A DNA stretch of 64,000 nucleotides. Origin: an uncultured Alphaproteobacteria bacterium. Lineage in GTDB: Bacteria > Pseudomonadota > Alphaproteobacteria > Methylaequorales > Methylaequoraceae. The notes beneath the pieces were generated by a model that was not told the origin of the DNA, did not search any database, and saw only the letters and a program-made list of their open reading frames with translations. Positions 46,530 through 57,460 of this stretch are shown here, piece after piece. Where the stretch lies: contig CABYVV010000005.1 of NCBI GenBank assembly GCA_902522465.1, forward strand, positions 26,361 through 90,360, given 5' to 3'. Positions within the stretch are counted from its first letter, which is position 1. Every line of letters begins with the position of its first letter. The position numbers and the translations under genes are program-made.

Positions 46530-47936
46530 TTAGAAGTAATTAAGGTGACTCTTTTTTCCTCTTATCAGATCATTAACAAAGAGAACAACAATCAATAAGA
46601 TTAGAGGATAAACAGGCATTAAATATCTTGGAGTACCAATGTTTATAAAAGAGACAAAAAAGAGATGACTTTGAACAGACAAAACTAAAAAGACTAATGA
46701 AATATATTTTTTCGGATTTTTTAAGAAACCATAAATGTAATTCATTAAGATTACTATTAGTATTAACATAAGAGATAAGAAAAATAATAAATTAATTTTC
46801 AAAAGATTAATATTCGGTGAATAAATATTTGAAGAAGATTTTTCAAGTAACTCATTTACATAAATATTTTCATTACTTTTATTTATATCCATTGAACTTA
46901 AAAAAATATTTTTTGAGCCAGGTGTCCATAACGAAAAATAATGGGCCAAACTTAGCTTAAAATATTCAAAAGGATACTTAGAAATGATACTTATGAGAAT
47001 TTTTTTTTGATCTACGTATTCATCATTGAAGTAAATATTATCAGATATCACTGTAATGTTTAACTTTTTCCATATTTTATCTGATATTTGAAATTGACCT
47101 ACAACTTCAAAGTCTGAAATTAAATTTGTTTTTAGTACTGGATTTTTAACTTCTTTCAAATAATTATTAAATTTTTTTGATTCAGTTTGTATTTCATCCA
47201 GATAAGGTTTCAGTTTTTCGTCAAAATCACTTAATTTAAAACTATCTGTTCCACTTAACATAAATATTTTTCCAAAATAAATATTTTCTTTCTGTGTAGT
47301 GCGGACTTCGTTGGTTTGAAAAAAATAATAGTTTTCAATTAAAGGTAATAAAGTGAAACTAATCAAAAAGAATATAATTTTATTTTTTTGGCCTAGACAT
47401 AAAAAAATTAAAGTAAGAAAAAAACTAAGTATAATTCCTTCATGTTTCAATGAAGAAATTCCACCTAAACAAAGACCTAATATAATACAATCAAACCTTG
47501 TTTTTTTTTTTTTTAAAAGAATGGCTATTGAGATATTTATAAAGCTAAATAAAAATGATTCAGTTAGGATTATTTTACAAAAAGAAGTATAAAAAATATT
47601 TAAAACTACAAGAAAATAAAAAATTATTATTAATTTTCTGTTAATTTCTAAAATAATTAGAGACTTAAATATTAAAAAAAGACTAATTATGAAGAATATT
47701 TTTTGAATTAAAAGTACATGACGTAAATCATTTGTATAAAATATATCAAGAAAAAGTGGGTAAATTGCAAGTCTATATGCTCCATTGTCTATATATGAAG
47801 AACTATCAGGTGCTAGAGAAGAAAAAAAGCTAATAGAATGTGTAATGATAAAATAAGTAATGATGAAGAAGAATAAAAAAAAAATAATGTCTCGCTTCAT
47901 TTTTTTCAAATAATTTATACAATCAAATTTTATCAT
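46530..47936 (-). CDS. Polytopic membrane protein, possibly a GT39/GT83-like glycosyltransferase.
   Basis: 468 aa with at least ten TM helices in the N-terminal half and a soluble C-terminal half. It is the first gene of the glycan island. Confidence 0.45.
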   Translation of the reverse strand: MIKFDCINYLKKMKRDIIFFLFFFIITYFIITHSISFFSSLAPDSSSYIDNGAYRLAIYPLFLDIFYTNDLRHVLLIQKIFFIISLFLIFKSLIILEINRKLIIIFYFLVVLNIFYTSFCKIILTESFLFSFINISIAILLKKKKTRFDCIILGLCLGGISSLKHEGIILSFFLTLIFLCLGQKNKIIFFLISFTLLPLIENYYFFQTNEVRTTQKENIYFGKIFMLSGTDSFKLSDFDEKLKPYLDEIQTESKKFNNYLKEVKNPVLKTNLISDFEVVGQFQISDKIWKKLNITVISDNIYFNDEYVDQKKILISIISKYPFEYFKLSLAHYFSLWTPGSKNIFLSSMDINKSNENIYVNELLEKSSSNIYSPNINLLKINLLFFLSLMLILIVILMNYIYGFLKNPKKYISLVFLVLSVQSHLFFVSFINIGTPRYLMPVYPLILLIVVLFVNDLIRGKKSHLNYF

Positions 47937-49080
47937 ATATTTCTTTATATCTGTTTATCATTTCTTTATAATTGAATAATTGATTAACTTTTTTTTTATT
48001 ATTTTTTCCCATCATTTTTGATTTTTCCTTTTCAAGGAGCATTTTTTGTATCAGATTTGCAATTCCTTGGTAGTCTCTTTGTTTCACAATATAACCATTA
48101 ATTTGGTTGTCTAGAATTTCCGTTATATTACCTGAATCAGTGCTAATTATAGGAAGTGAACAATTCATATACTCAACTATTGCATTTGATGATCCCTCAT
48201 GATCAGATAATAAAATACCTATTTTTGCTGATTTAAGAATTTTCTCTGGAGCAATTTGAATTCCTTTAAAAATTATTTTTTCTTGTAGATCATATTTTTT
48301 TATTAGATCTTGTAGTTTTAATTTATATTTATTATTACCATCACCGATGATTAATAATTTCCATTTTTTGAAGGATCTATTTAAAACATTTAAAGATTCA
48401 ATAAGATGAATATGTCCTTTGTAAGGAATTAGGTTTGCTAAACATACAATAATGTTAATTTTTGTTAAATCTTCATTTACTGTATTTTTTTGTTTTTTTT
48501 TATAATCATTTTTCTTTTCAGTAATAAATTTTTTTATACCATTCTTAATTTCTATTATCTTTTTAATATCAACTCCTTCATCAGAAATAAGTTGATTTTT
48601 TAAATTATTAGAGTTAACTAAAATATATCTCATTTTCTTATGAAGACGATTTTCCCAAAATTTAATAAAAGGATATTTTTTCTGATAGTAATTTGTTGAT
48701 CGTCTACTCATTATCAATCTTGTTTTTCTTTGAAGAATACAAATCGTGCCAGCGATTAAATAAGATTTTGGTAAAAAAAAGTGAATTATACACTTTTTTG
48801 GTTTTAAAATTTTCCATAACTGGTTAATAAGAAAAAAATATTTTAAAAATCCAAACTTGAATCCACCATCTCCTAAATTTATTAATTTTATTCTGGTCGG
48901 AAGATGAGGAGATAATAAACCTTTATTTTTCAAACAAATAATTTCCACTTTGTAATTATTAGATATTGATGTTGCTAAATTGAATAAATGCTTTTCTGTT
49001 CCACCTATATCTAAACTCGGAATTATATATACTATAGATTTATTCTTTGAGAAAGTCATCGTACCAAATCTGAAAAACAA
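47923..49080 (-). CDS. Glycosyltransferase family 1 (GT4-type).
   Basis: The C-terminal EX7E-type motif region EGSSNAIVEYMNCSLPIISTD. Confidence 0.75.
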   Translation of the reverse strand: MFFRFGTMTFSKNKSIVYIIPSLDIGGTEKHLFNLATSISNNYKVEIICLKNKGLLSPHLPTRIKLINLGDGGFKFGFLKYFFLINQLWKILKPKKCIIHFFLPKSYLIAGTICILQRKTRLIMSRRSTNYYQKKYPFIKFWENRLHKKMRYILVNSNNLKNQLISDEGVDIKKIIEIKNGIKKFITEKKNDYKKKQKNTVNEDLTKINIIVCLANLIPYKGHIHLIESLNVLNRSFKKWKLLIIGDGNNKYKLKLQDLIKKYDLQEKIIFKGIQIAPEKILKSAKIGILLSDHEGSSNAIVEYMNCSLPIISTDSGNITEILDNQINGYIVKQRDYQGIANLIQKMLLEKEKSKMMGKNNKKKVNQLFNYKEMINRYKEIYDKI

Positions 49081-50947
49081 TAAGGTTCCAAACTAAATAA
49101 TAATTTTTTATTGTTTTATTAGATATTAAATTATCAATACTTATGTGATTTAATATTCCTTGTTTTTTTAATTTACTCTGATTGAGAGTTGATTTTACTA
49201 AATCTTTTAAATCACCATTTAACCATTCATTTAATGGGATTGAAAATCCTTTCTTAGGCCGAATAAACAAATTCTCCGGCAAATATTTTTTAAGTATTTT
49301 CTTTAAAATTAATTTTTGATTTGAGTTATTTACAGTGTATTTTGGACTAATTCTCTTTACATGTTCCAAAACAATCTTTTCTAAAAAAGGTACTCTTGTT
49401 TCAAGTGATACATTCATACTAGCTCTATCAACTTTCGCTAAAATGTCATCTGGTAAATAAGTTTTGAAGTCTAGTATTTGCATATATTTTTCAAAAGAAT
49501 GCTTGTCTAACAAAGATTTAGAAGAACTAAATAATGTATCTTTCTCATTTGCCTCTTTTACGAAAATATTTGGAGTTGTTGTATAACTTGTAAGTATCCT
49601 ATAAATTTCTGCTCTTGAATTTGCATCAAAGAGGTTTGAAATTTTTTCAATTTTATTATTAAATTCTGGAATACCAAATGTGAAGTTTTTATTCTGTAAA
49701 ATAGAATAATTTTTGGACACTATATATCTAAGTATTTTTTTTATAAAAGTTTTAATATTTTTTGGTAATCTGTAGCCAGTTTTATAGAAATTATTTGAAT
49801 ATTTATATCTATTATAACCCCCAAATAATTCATCTCCACCATCACCAGATAAAGCAACCTTTACGCTTGAACTTGTATACTGTGACAAAATAAAGGTGGG
49901 TATCTGTGAAGAATCAGCAAATGGTTCTGAATATATATTTGAAATCTTCGGTATAACATTTAATAAATCTTTAGAAGAAATAATCATTTCATTATGTTCG
50001 GTTTTAAGATGTTGGGAAATTTTTTTCGAATAGACTGACTCGTCATAATTTTTATCTTCAAATCCAATTGTAAAGGTTTTAACTTTAGAAGGACTAAGTT
50101 CATTCATTAAGGCAGTAATTAACGATGAATCAATTCCACCTGACAGGAAAGAAGCAATCTTTACGTCTGAAATCATACAATTAGAAACTGCTTGTTTTAG
50201 GATATCTTCTGTAGAATCAATAATTTTTTTTTGTGAATATTTATATTCTTCTTTTTTTTCGTCAAAATCCCAGTATTGTTTTGTTGTAATCTGCTTATTA
50301 GATGAAAAATTTAGTACTGTAGCTGGTTGAAACTTATTTACATTCTTAAATATGGTCCATGGTGCTGGAATATATCCGTGTCTTAGATAATTTGTTAATG
50401 AATCTGGGTCTACTTGTAAATTATTAAAAATTTTTTTGAACGCAGATAATTCTGAAGCAAAAAAGAAAATATTATCTAAATAACACCAATATATTGGCTT
50501 AATACCTACTCTATCATTAATCAAAATTAAATTTTTTTCGATTTTATCCCATATACCAAATGCATACATACCTTCAATTTTCTGCAATGTTTTTTCAATT
50601 CCAAAAACTGAAACATATTCCAGCAAAATTTTGGTATCAGAATTCACTCCTTTCACGTCTATATATTTAGATAAATCATTTTTTAATTTTACAAAGTTAT
50701 AAATTTCTCCATTAAATGTTAATACAAATCTTCCATTTTCAGAGGTCATTGGTTGATTAGCTGAATCACTTAAATCAATAATCGATAACCTACAATGACC
50801 AAATCCAACTCTATTTTTATTATCCACCCAACAACCATTTGAATCTGGACCTCTATGGTGCATTGTTTTGTTAATTTGTTCAAGATGATATTTTTTATCT
50901 ATTTGAACTACTTTGTTTGTTTCGATTATACCTGAAATTCCACACAT
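49040..50947 (-). CDS. asnB: Asparagine synthetase (glutamine-hydrolysing) family amidotransferase.
   Basis: An N-terminal MCGISG Ntn nucleophile and the PP-loop SGGIDSS. Confidence 0.85.
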   Translation of the reverse strand: MCGISGIIETNKVVQIDKKYHLEQINKTMHHRGPDSNGCWVDNKNRVGFGHCRLSIIDLSDSANQPMTSENGRFVLTFNGEIYNFVKLKNDLSKYIDVKGVNSDTKILLEYVSVFGIEKTLQKIEGMYAFGIWDKIEKNLILINDRVGIKPIYWCYLDNIFFFASELSAFKKIFNNLQVDPDSLTNYLRHGYIPAPWTIFKNVNKFQPATVLNFSSNKQITTKQYWDFDEKKEEYKYSQKKIIDSTEDILKQAVSNCMISDVKIASFLSGGIDSSLITALMNELSPSKVKTFTIGFEDKNYDESVYSKKISQHLKTEHNEMIISSKDLLNVIPKISNIYSEPFADSSQIPTFILSQYTSSSVKVALSGDGGDELFGGYNRYKYSNNFYKTGYRLPKNIKTFIKKILRYIVSKNYSILQNKNFTFGIPEFNNKIEKISNLFDANSRAEIYRILTSYTTTPNIFVKEANEKDTLFSSSKSLLDKHSFEKYMQILDFKTYLPDDILAKVDRASMNVSLETRVPFLEKIVLEHVKRISPKYTVNNSNQKLILKKILKKYLPENLFIRPKKGFSIPLNEWLNGDLKDLVKSTLNQSKLKKQGILNHISIDNLISNKTIKNYYLVWNLIVFQIWYDDFLKE

Positions 50948-51020
50948 TATTAGTCAGTCTTATATAGATTTAAAGTTTATAAGATTTTCTGAGTACTTTA
51001 AATAAATTATAACCATGCTT

Positions 51021-51179
51021 TTAAAAAATTGTGTAAATGAAAGGGGCAATTGCAGTTCCTTGTGTTAAAACAATTAGTCCACCAAAAATAAATAGAAAGA
51101 AAAGAATTGGTATTAACCAAAATTTTTTTCTATTTATGATAAAACCCAAGAACTCTTTGATAAATTCTATCATTCTCAT
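51021..51179 (-). CDS. DUF5989-like small membrane protein, not in the ORF track.
   Basis: 52 aa: MRMIEFIKEFLGFIINRKKFWLIPILFFLFIFGGLIVLTQGTAIAPFIYTIF. The conserved pattern is EF-KEF...RKKFWL.P.........G.......APFIYT.F. Confidence 0.45.
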   Translation of the reverse strand: MRMIEFIKEFLGFIINRKKFWLIPILFFLFIFGGLIVLTQGTAIAPFIYTIF

Positions 51180-51210
51180 TTCTTCAAAATTTTTAAGAAG
51201 CTATCAAAGG

Positions 51211-52221
51211 TCATAAATGTTCTTTCAATATAGAAAAGACTCTTTTTGAAAATTCCAAGGTACCAGTCGGATTAAAATGTGCATCATTTTTGAAATAATA
51301 ATGATCTCCCATCGTATTTACAATAAAATGTTTTATATTTTTTTTATTTAGACAAGATGATAAACTTTTATAGTAATTTTGATTTTCCAAGTTATTTCTT
51401 CCAGGTATATTAAATACTTTAAGGCTTTCTGACTGATCTTTGATTGCAGATATTATTGAACACAATTTTCCAATATCGAAATATTTCATATTATCAGGTT
51501 TTTTAATAAAATTATAAAACGTATTATAGTAAAATCTTATGATACCAACTGAGTATGATCTTTTCAAAAATAAAAAAAAAGAGGGAGGCAATCTTCTTAA
51601 AACAGTATTTTTATATTGTAATAGTTTTCCTTCTACTACAAAAGTTGTTTTACTTTCAATCTTATTGCAATTTTTGTCTAAAACATCTACAATTTTGTTA
51701 TTACTGTCAATACACAGATTATTAGAAATATCTTGAATATCATTTTCATACAAAAATAAAATATTTTTTTTATTTTGATACTCTTTGTTATGCCTTATAA
51801 AGTTTAAATAGGAGTCGGGACTTCTTCCTGTGAAATAACCCATATTTATAAAATCGTAATTTTTCATAAAAAGTTTTTCAACAAGATGGGGTATAGTTTG
51901 ATTATTTTCTACACCAAATCCAAATATAAAAGAGTCTCCATACATAAAATATCTATCACGATCGTCTAGTTCCTCATCTCTCATACCCAAACTATTGGTT
52001 TTCACCGTTACATCAAATGAGGCGTTTGAGTATGAAAATCTTCCCTCAAAATTTCTTTTTAAGGAAAATTCTGTATTTTCAGCATGATCAAAATGATTCA
52101 CAATTATTTTTTGAGGAATGAACTGGTAGGGTATATTTGGTTTAAATATTTGCGCTAATAGTTCAAAAATAAAAACTAATAATAGCAAATATAAAATAAA
52201 AAAAAATATTATTTTATTCAT
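51211..52221 (-). CDS. Membrane-anchored SGNH/GDSL-like hydrolase family protein.
   Basis: An N-terminal TM segment and a GDSL-type block, FMYGDSFIFGFGV. Confidence 0.45.
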   Translation of the reverse strand: MNKIIFFFILYLLLLVFIFELLAQIFKPNIPYQFIPQKIIVNHFDHAENTEFSLKRNFEGRFSYSNASFDVTVKTNSLGMRDEELDDRDRYFMYGDSFIFGFGVENNQTIPHLVEKLFMKNYDFINMGYFTGRSPDSYLNFIRHNKEYQNKKNILFLYENDIQDISNNLCIDSNNKIVDVLDKNCNKIESKTTFVVEGKLLQYKNTVLRRLPPSFFLFLKRSYSVGIIRFYYNTFYNFIKKPDNMKYFDIGKLCSIISAIKDQSESLKVFNIPGRNNLENQNYYKSLSSCLNKKNIKHFIVNTMGDHYYFKNDAHFNPTGTLEFSKRVFSILKEHL

Positions 52222-53536
52222 TTTTCTTTTTTTTTAATAATCGTGTCAAATAATTGTAACCATAGATAGTTAATAAGAAAAGCAGACATTCAATTGGTAA
52301 CCTTGATCTTGCATGTCCATTGAATATTACAATTACAAAAGAAAATAATATAAACATAATAACTGCTAAATATCTATGATTTTTGATTTTGAATAACAAA
52401 ATAAAAAAACCAATAATTGATAAAACTTTTAATAGAAAGTTTATTGTTAAAGCAATAATCTTGATATATTTAGAATCAGATTGGATATTTTTTGTTAATA
52501 TAAAATTTTCTGGATCCTTAACATCAATGTTTCCAAATAATATATTTAAGTAAGAAGATCCCGATGCAAAAAAGAATTTGATTGTTGATCTGGCCCATAG
52601 TTCAGTATACGAGGACAATGGATATGAAAGTAATTTACCTAGGTAATATTTTCTATACCAATTGGTAATTTCATCGTTCGATAACTTTCCTACATCTTCA
52701 AAACTTTGATAAAACTCTTCTTTAGCTTCCAATTCAATTTTGTCATCATGTAAAAGATTTAAATCAATTTTCTCATCTAAAGTTGTCGATTCAAGTAAAG
52801 TTATATTCCATGATAAATGTTCTAACTCTTTTTCAGTATTTCCAATATTGGTTAGGTTTGAATTATGCTTGGAAATTAACCATGGACCATATGAGACAAA
52901 AATTGCAATTGAGAAAATTAGAATTGATTTTAGAAAAAATTTAAATTTTTTTTCATTTATCATAACGAAAAATATCAACAATATTATTAATAGGCTTAAA
53001 TAAATTCCTTCATATCTTGTTAATGAAGCCAATCCTAGAAAAAGTCCGCAAAAAAAAATTGCGTTAATTTCTTTATCTTTATACCATTTTAAATAATAGA
53101 AAAACACAGTTGTCAAAAGTAGACTATAAATTGTCTCTGTTAAAACAAAATTTGCATGTGCTAATAGATTTGGATTCAATAATACTAATGTAAAAACAAA
53201 ATAATCTCTTTTATTAAAAAATATTTCATAAATTTTCTCTGCTACTACAGCTGTTATAAATGCACAAAACAATTGAAAAACTATCAAAAAATTAATATTG
53301 GTGTTAAAAAATTTACTTATAATATTTACAAGAACAATATATAATGGTGGTTTTTGAACACTAATTAAATTACTAAGATAATCTTTTCCGAAAATCAAAT
53401 TATCTGAAATATTGATGATATTGTATCCATCGTTAATTAATCTGATTTTACTATCCACTGTAAAAAGAAAATATAAATTTAAAATTAAAAAAATAAAAAT
53501 TGAAAGATACGCTAAATTTTGATTGTTAATTTTCAT
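52214..53536 (-). CDS. Polytopic membrane protein, possibly a GT39/ArnT-like glycosyltransferase.
   Basis: 440 aa and 10-12 TM segments. It is a paralogue-like partner to the gene at 46530-47936. Confidence 0.45.
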   Translation of the reverse strand: MKINNQNLAYLSIFIFLILNLYFLFTVDSKIRLINDGYNIINISDNLIFGKDYLSNLISVQKPPLYIVLVNIISKFFNTNINFLIVFQLFCAFITAVVAEKIYEIFFNKRDYFVFTLVLLNPNLLAHANFVLTETIYSLLLTTVFFYYLKWYKDKEINAIFFCGLFLGLASLTRYEGIYLSLLIILLIFFVMINEKKFKFFLKSILIFSIAIFVSYGPWLISKHNSNLTNIGNTEKELEHLSWNITLLESTTLDEKIDLNLLHDDKIELEAKEEFYQSFEDVGKLSNDEITNWYRKYYLGKLLSYPLSSYTELWARSTIKFFFASGSSYLNILFGNIDVKDPENFILTKNIQSDSKYIKIIALTINFLLKVLSIIGFFILLFKIKNHRYLAVIMFILFSFVIVIFNGHARSRLPIECLLFLLTIYGYNYLTRLLKKKKNE

Positions 53537-54389
53537 TTAAAATTTGTCTAATATATTCTGAATATTGATTACTATTGGATAAATTTTTAATAATTTCATT
53601 TTTTGAGAGATATCCCATTCTAAAAGAAATCTCTTCTGGACAACCAATTTGAATACCTTGTCTTTCCTGGATTGATTTAACAAATGTAGAGGCATTATAT
53701 AGACCATCAACAGTTCCAGCATCTAACCATGCATATCCTCTTCCTAACTTTTCAGCAAAAAGCTCGCCTTTTGCAAGATACATTCTGTTAATGTCAGTTA
53801 TTTGTAACTCATCATTAATGGATGGTTTTACTTTTTTAGCAAATTCAATGACTTTATTGTCATAAAAATAGAGGCCAATAACTGCAAAATTAGACTTAGG
53901 ACTTTTTGGTTTCTCAACCAATGAGCAAACTTTGTCATTTTTGTCAAACTCAATCACTCCATAATATTCTGGATTTTTAACTCTATAAGCAAAAACTTTT
54001 GCACCTCGATGGTTTTCTTTAGATTTTTTAAGATTTGACATCAGTGAATCACCAAATAGAAGGTTGTCTCCCAAAACCAATGCCACATTATGATTCCCAA
54101 TGAAATTCTCACCTATTAGGAATGCTTCAGCTACTCCATTTTGTTTAAACTGAATCTCATAACTAATTTTTATTCCTAGATTTAATCCATTACCAAGCAG
54201 TGCTTTGTAGGCTTCTAAATCTCTTTTCATACAAATAATAAGAATATCTTTTATACCAGCCATCATTAGTAATGTTAGAGGATAAAAAATCATTGGCTTA
54301 TCATAAACAGGTAATAACTGCTTACTAGTTGAAACAGTAACTGGATATAATCTCGATCCATAACCGCCTGCCAAAATTATTCCCTTCAT
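53526..54389 (-). CDS. rmlA: Glucose-1-phosphate thymidylyltransferase.
   Basis: GIILAGGYGSRLYPVT and the rest of the RmlA family core. Confidence 0.9.
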   Translation of the reverse strand: MKGIILAGGYGSRLYPVTVSTSKQLLPVYDKPMIFYPLTLLMMAGIKDILIICMKRDLEAYKALLGNGLNLGIKISYEIQFKQNGVAEAFLIGENFIGNHNVALVLGDNLLFGDSLMSNLKKSKENHRGAKVFAYRVKNPEYYGVIEFDKNDKVCSLVEKPKSPKSNFAVIGLYFYDNKVIEFAKKVKPSINDELQITDINRMYLAKGELFAEKLGRGYAWLDAGTVDGLYNASTFVKSIQERQGIQIGCPEEISFRMGYLSKNEIIKNLSNSNQYSEYIRQILNEN

Positions 54390-55447
54390 TTTTTCTCTCC
54401 TAGCCCAACTCTAAGGTTAAATCCTTTTTTTATTTTTTTTTTCCACCATTTTTCGTTCCTTATATACCAGTCTATTGTTTCAACTATTCCAGATTTGAAA
54501 TTTATTTCTTTTTTCCATCCAAGTTTTTTTATTTTATTTGAATTTAAAGAATATCTAAAATCATGACCCGGTCTATCTTGAACAAGCTTTATTAATTTTT
54601 TATAGGATTCTTTTTTTGGTTTAACCTTATCTAAATAAATACAAATAATATTTGCCAATTCAATATTACAAAACTCCTCACCACTACCTATTAAATATCT
54701 TTCTCCAACTCTTCCATTTAACATTATTTCAAATAAAGCTTTACAGTGATCATCTACATGAATCCATTCTCTTATATTCTTACCAGAACCATAAATTGGG
54801 ATATTTTGGTTGGTCAAAGCCTTGCTGATTGACAGCGGAATAAATTTCTCAATTAATTGCCATGGGCCATAATTGTTACAGGAATGTGTAATAATTACTG
54901 GAATTCCGTATGTTGTGTGCCAGGCTTTTACCAAATGATCAGCTGCTGCCTTTGAAGCAGAATAAGGAGATTTTGGATCATATCTAGTTAATTCATTAAA
55001 TTTAGGTGAGTTTTTTCCTAATGAACCAAATACTTCATCTGTTGAAATGTGAATATAATTTTTTACTTTTTTTCTTCTAATTCCTTCCAAAATATTAACG
55101 GTTCCATTTATATTCGTTTTTACAAATATATCCGAACCATCGATTGATCTATCGACATGACTCTCGGCTGCAAAGTTTACTACGTAATCAAAATCATTTT
55201 TTAAGAAAAATTTTAATACTTCCTTTTTATTGTTAATATCAATTTTAAAAAAACTTATATCATTCATCACATGACTTATTCTCTCTAAATCTGAAGCATA
55301 AGTTAAACTATCTATAACATAAGTCTTATAATGCTTTGACACAGCCATATCTACAAACTTCGATCCAATAAAGCCAGCACCGCCAAAAACTAGAATTTTA
55401 TTTTGAGATTTCTTTTTCATAAATTGGTAAAATCTCACTCCAGTCAT
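54386..55447 (-). CDS. rmlB: dTDP-glucose 4,6-dehydratase.
   Basis: GGAGFIGS plus the YxxxK catalytic dyad (YSASKAAADHLV), in the extended SDR family. Confidence 0.9.
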   Translation of the reverse strand: MTGVRFYQFMKKKSQNKILVFGGAGFIGSKFVDMAVSKHYKTYVIDSLTYASDLERISHVMNDISFFKIDINNKKEVLKFFLKNDFDYVVNFAAESHVDRSIDGSDIFVKTNINGTVNILEGIRRKKVKNYIHISTDEVFGSLGKNSPKFNELTRYDPKSPYSASKAAADHLVKAWHTTYGIPVIITHSCNNYGPWQLIEKFIPLSISKALTNQNIPIYGSGKNIREWIHVDDHCKALFEIMLNGRVGERYLIGSGEEFCNIELANIICIYLDKVKPKKESYKKLIKLVQDRPGHDFRYSLNSNKIKKLGWKKEINFKSGIVETIDWYIRNEKWWKKKIKKGFNLRVGLGEKK

Positions 55448-56531
55448 ATTTCATTGAAATTTTTTTTGAACGTTCTCCAAATTCCTTTAACTTATCTGAA
55501 CTACAACAAATAACTTCTAAAAGAATTTCTTTCATTCTTTCACTTACTTTTTTTTTATTTCTAATATCAATTAACCAACCATTATCATCAAATAATTCTA
55601 CGTTACCCTTTTCTTTTGATATTACAATAGGTAAATTATAACTCATTGCTTCTATTAAGGCTAAAGAGTTTCCTTCAGGAAAAGATGGAAATAAATAAAT
55701 ATCAGAATTAATATAATGTTTCTTTAGGTGTTTATGATCAATGCCTTTAATAATTTTTACATTTTTTTGTAAATCATTATTATTAATATATGTTTTTATA
55801 TTTTCAAATTCTGGACCGTTTCCAATAATCGTGAGCTTAATTTTATCTAAATATTTTTTTTCAAGTAATGTCATTGCTTGTAAAATAATATAAAAACCCT
55901 TTCTTTTAACAAGTCTTCCAACAATTAATAAATCAAGATATGTTTTATTTATTTTTTTTTTTTTATATTTAAGTTTAGTTGACGCACCATTTTTTACTAT
56001 CACATAATTTTTATAACCATAAATTCTTTCATATTCATACTCTAGACCCTCAGCAACAAAAACCTTATTTGCCTTTTTCAATATTAATTTCGTGAGAGGT
56101 TTTAAAAAAAAAAGAATAAATGAGAACTTTGACTTAATAGTATGTAAATCTGCTCCACCTACAAATATGTAATTTTTATATCCATATAGAATTGAGGCTA
56201 AAAAACCTATTAGTCCGCTGGGTACTATAAATAAAGATAATACTTTATTGTAACCTCTTTTTTTCAACTTTATAAATGAAAGTAATCCTTTTACAAAAAA
56301 TATTATTAGACTAGTTAAATTCGAACCTCTATCATTATTTGATAAACAATTGATTCTGACAATCTCGAAGTTCTTTTTTTTTTTGATTTTTTCAACTTTG
56401 GAATAATTACAAGTTATTAATTTAACTTTATATTCTTTTTTTAATAAATAATTGATTATTTCATTCAACAATATTACTCCCCCTGACCTTACAGGAAAAT
56501 ATTCATGAGAAATTAAAATAATACTTTTCAT
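55398..56531 (-). CDS. Glycosyltransferase family 1.
   Basis: EGNSLALIEAMSYNLPIVIS in a GT-B fold. Confidence 0.75.
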   Translation of the reverse strand: MKSIILISHEYFPVRSGGVILLNEIINYLLKKEYKVKLITCNYSKVEKIKKKKNFEIVRINCLSNNDRGSNLTSLIIFFVKGLLSFIKLKKRGYNKVLSLFIVPSGLIGFLASILYGYKNYIFVGGADLHTIKSKFSFILFFLKPLTKLILKKANKVFVAEGLEYEYERIYGYKNYVIVKNGASTKLKYKKKKINKTYLDLLIVGRLVKRKGFYIILQAMTLLEKKYLDKIKLTIIGNGPEFENIKTYINNNDLQKNVKIIKGIDHKHLKKHYINSDIYLFPSFPEGNSLALIEAMSYNLPIVISKEKGNVELFDDNGWLIDIRNKKKVSERMKEILLEVICCSSDKLKEFGERSKKISMKYDWSEILPIYEKEISK

Positions 56532-57460
56532 ATTTGTTTTATATTAAAAAGCTTAATAATACTCAGACAGAAACCGCTAAATAAACCGGAAAAAATATAA
56601 ACAAAATATACTACAGATGATAATGCTATTATATTTTCAAATTTATCCTTTTTAATATCTAAAAAATTCCACATTAAAAATTCCGAGATTCCCCTCCCGT
56701 GAATTGTTATTGGTAAAACATTAGCTATTTCAAGTAGAGGTGTTAGAAAACCAAATGTTGAGTATTTGCTCTCAAACCCAAGGTCAATTGCAACTATATA
56801 AAACATTACAGTAGAAAGAGAAATTGTCATAAAAGCTATTAAATATAATTTAATAAAAAAAAGTTTGTCTTTACTCACAGTTAAAGTAAATTCCATAATT
56901 TCTCTTAACAAAGAGACTAACTTCTTTAAAATGTTAATTTCTATTTTTGTTTTATTTAAGAGCTTTTTAAAGGAGCTAAAAAATATATCCATTATAAATG
57001 TTAAAAAGAAAATAAAAAATAATGTAAGAATTGAAGAATATACATAATTCTGTAAATAAATAGAAATAAGATAGTAACAACAAAATATTATTAAACTAAT
57101 TAAAAAATTGTATCTTAGAAAAATTATAGAACTTATTATTTTTTTTTTTTCAAAACCCTCTAACATTTTATATTTGTAAACATCACTTCCAACTCTGCCT
57201 GGAATAAAAGTATCAAAAAAGAAACTTAAAAAATTTATTCTCTGAATTCTTAAGAATCTTAAATTTATTTGATTTTTTTTTAATATAAAAAACCACCTTG
57301 TGGCTTGAAGAAAAAGACATAAAAACATAAAAATAAACAAAAAAAAAACAGTTTGTAATTTTACTTTTTTGATAAGGTGAAATAAAATTTCTATATCAAC
57401 GAACTTGATCACCAAAACCATTAAAAAAACGATCAAAATAAACTTAGTTACATTAATCAT
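56528..57460 (-). CDS. Flippase-like membrane protein (UPF0104/LPG-synthase TM-like).
   Basis: 310 aa with eight TM helices. This family is typically paired with a GT2 polyprenol-phosphate glycosyltransferase. Confidence 0.4.
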   Translation of the reverse strand: MINVTKFILIVFLMVLVIKFVDIEILFHLIKKVKLQTVFFLFIFMFLCLFLQATRWFFILKKNQINLRFLRIQRINFLSFFFDTFIPGRVGSDVYKYKMLEGFEKKKIISSIIFLRYNFLISLIIFCCYYLISIYLQNYVYSSILTLFFIFFLTFIMDIFFSSFKKLLNKTKIEINILKKLVSLLREIMEFTLTVSKDKLFFIKLYLIAFMTISLSTVMFYIVAIDLGFESKYSTFGFLTPLLEIANVLPITIHGRGISEFLMWNFLDIKKDKFENIIALSSVVYFVYIFSGLFSGFCLSIIKLFNIKQI

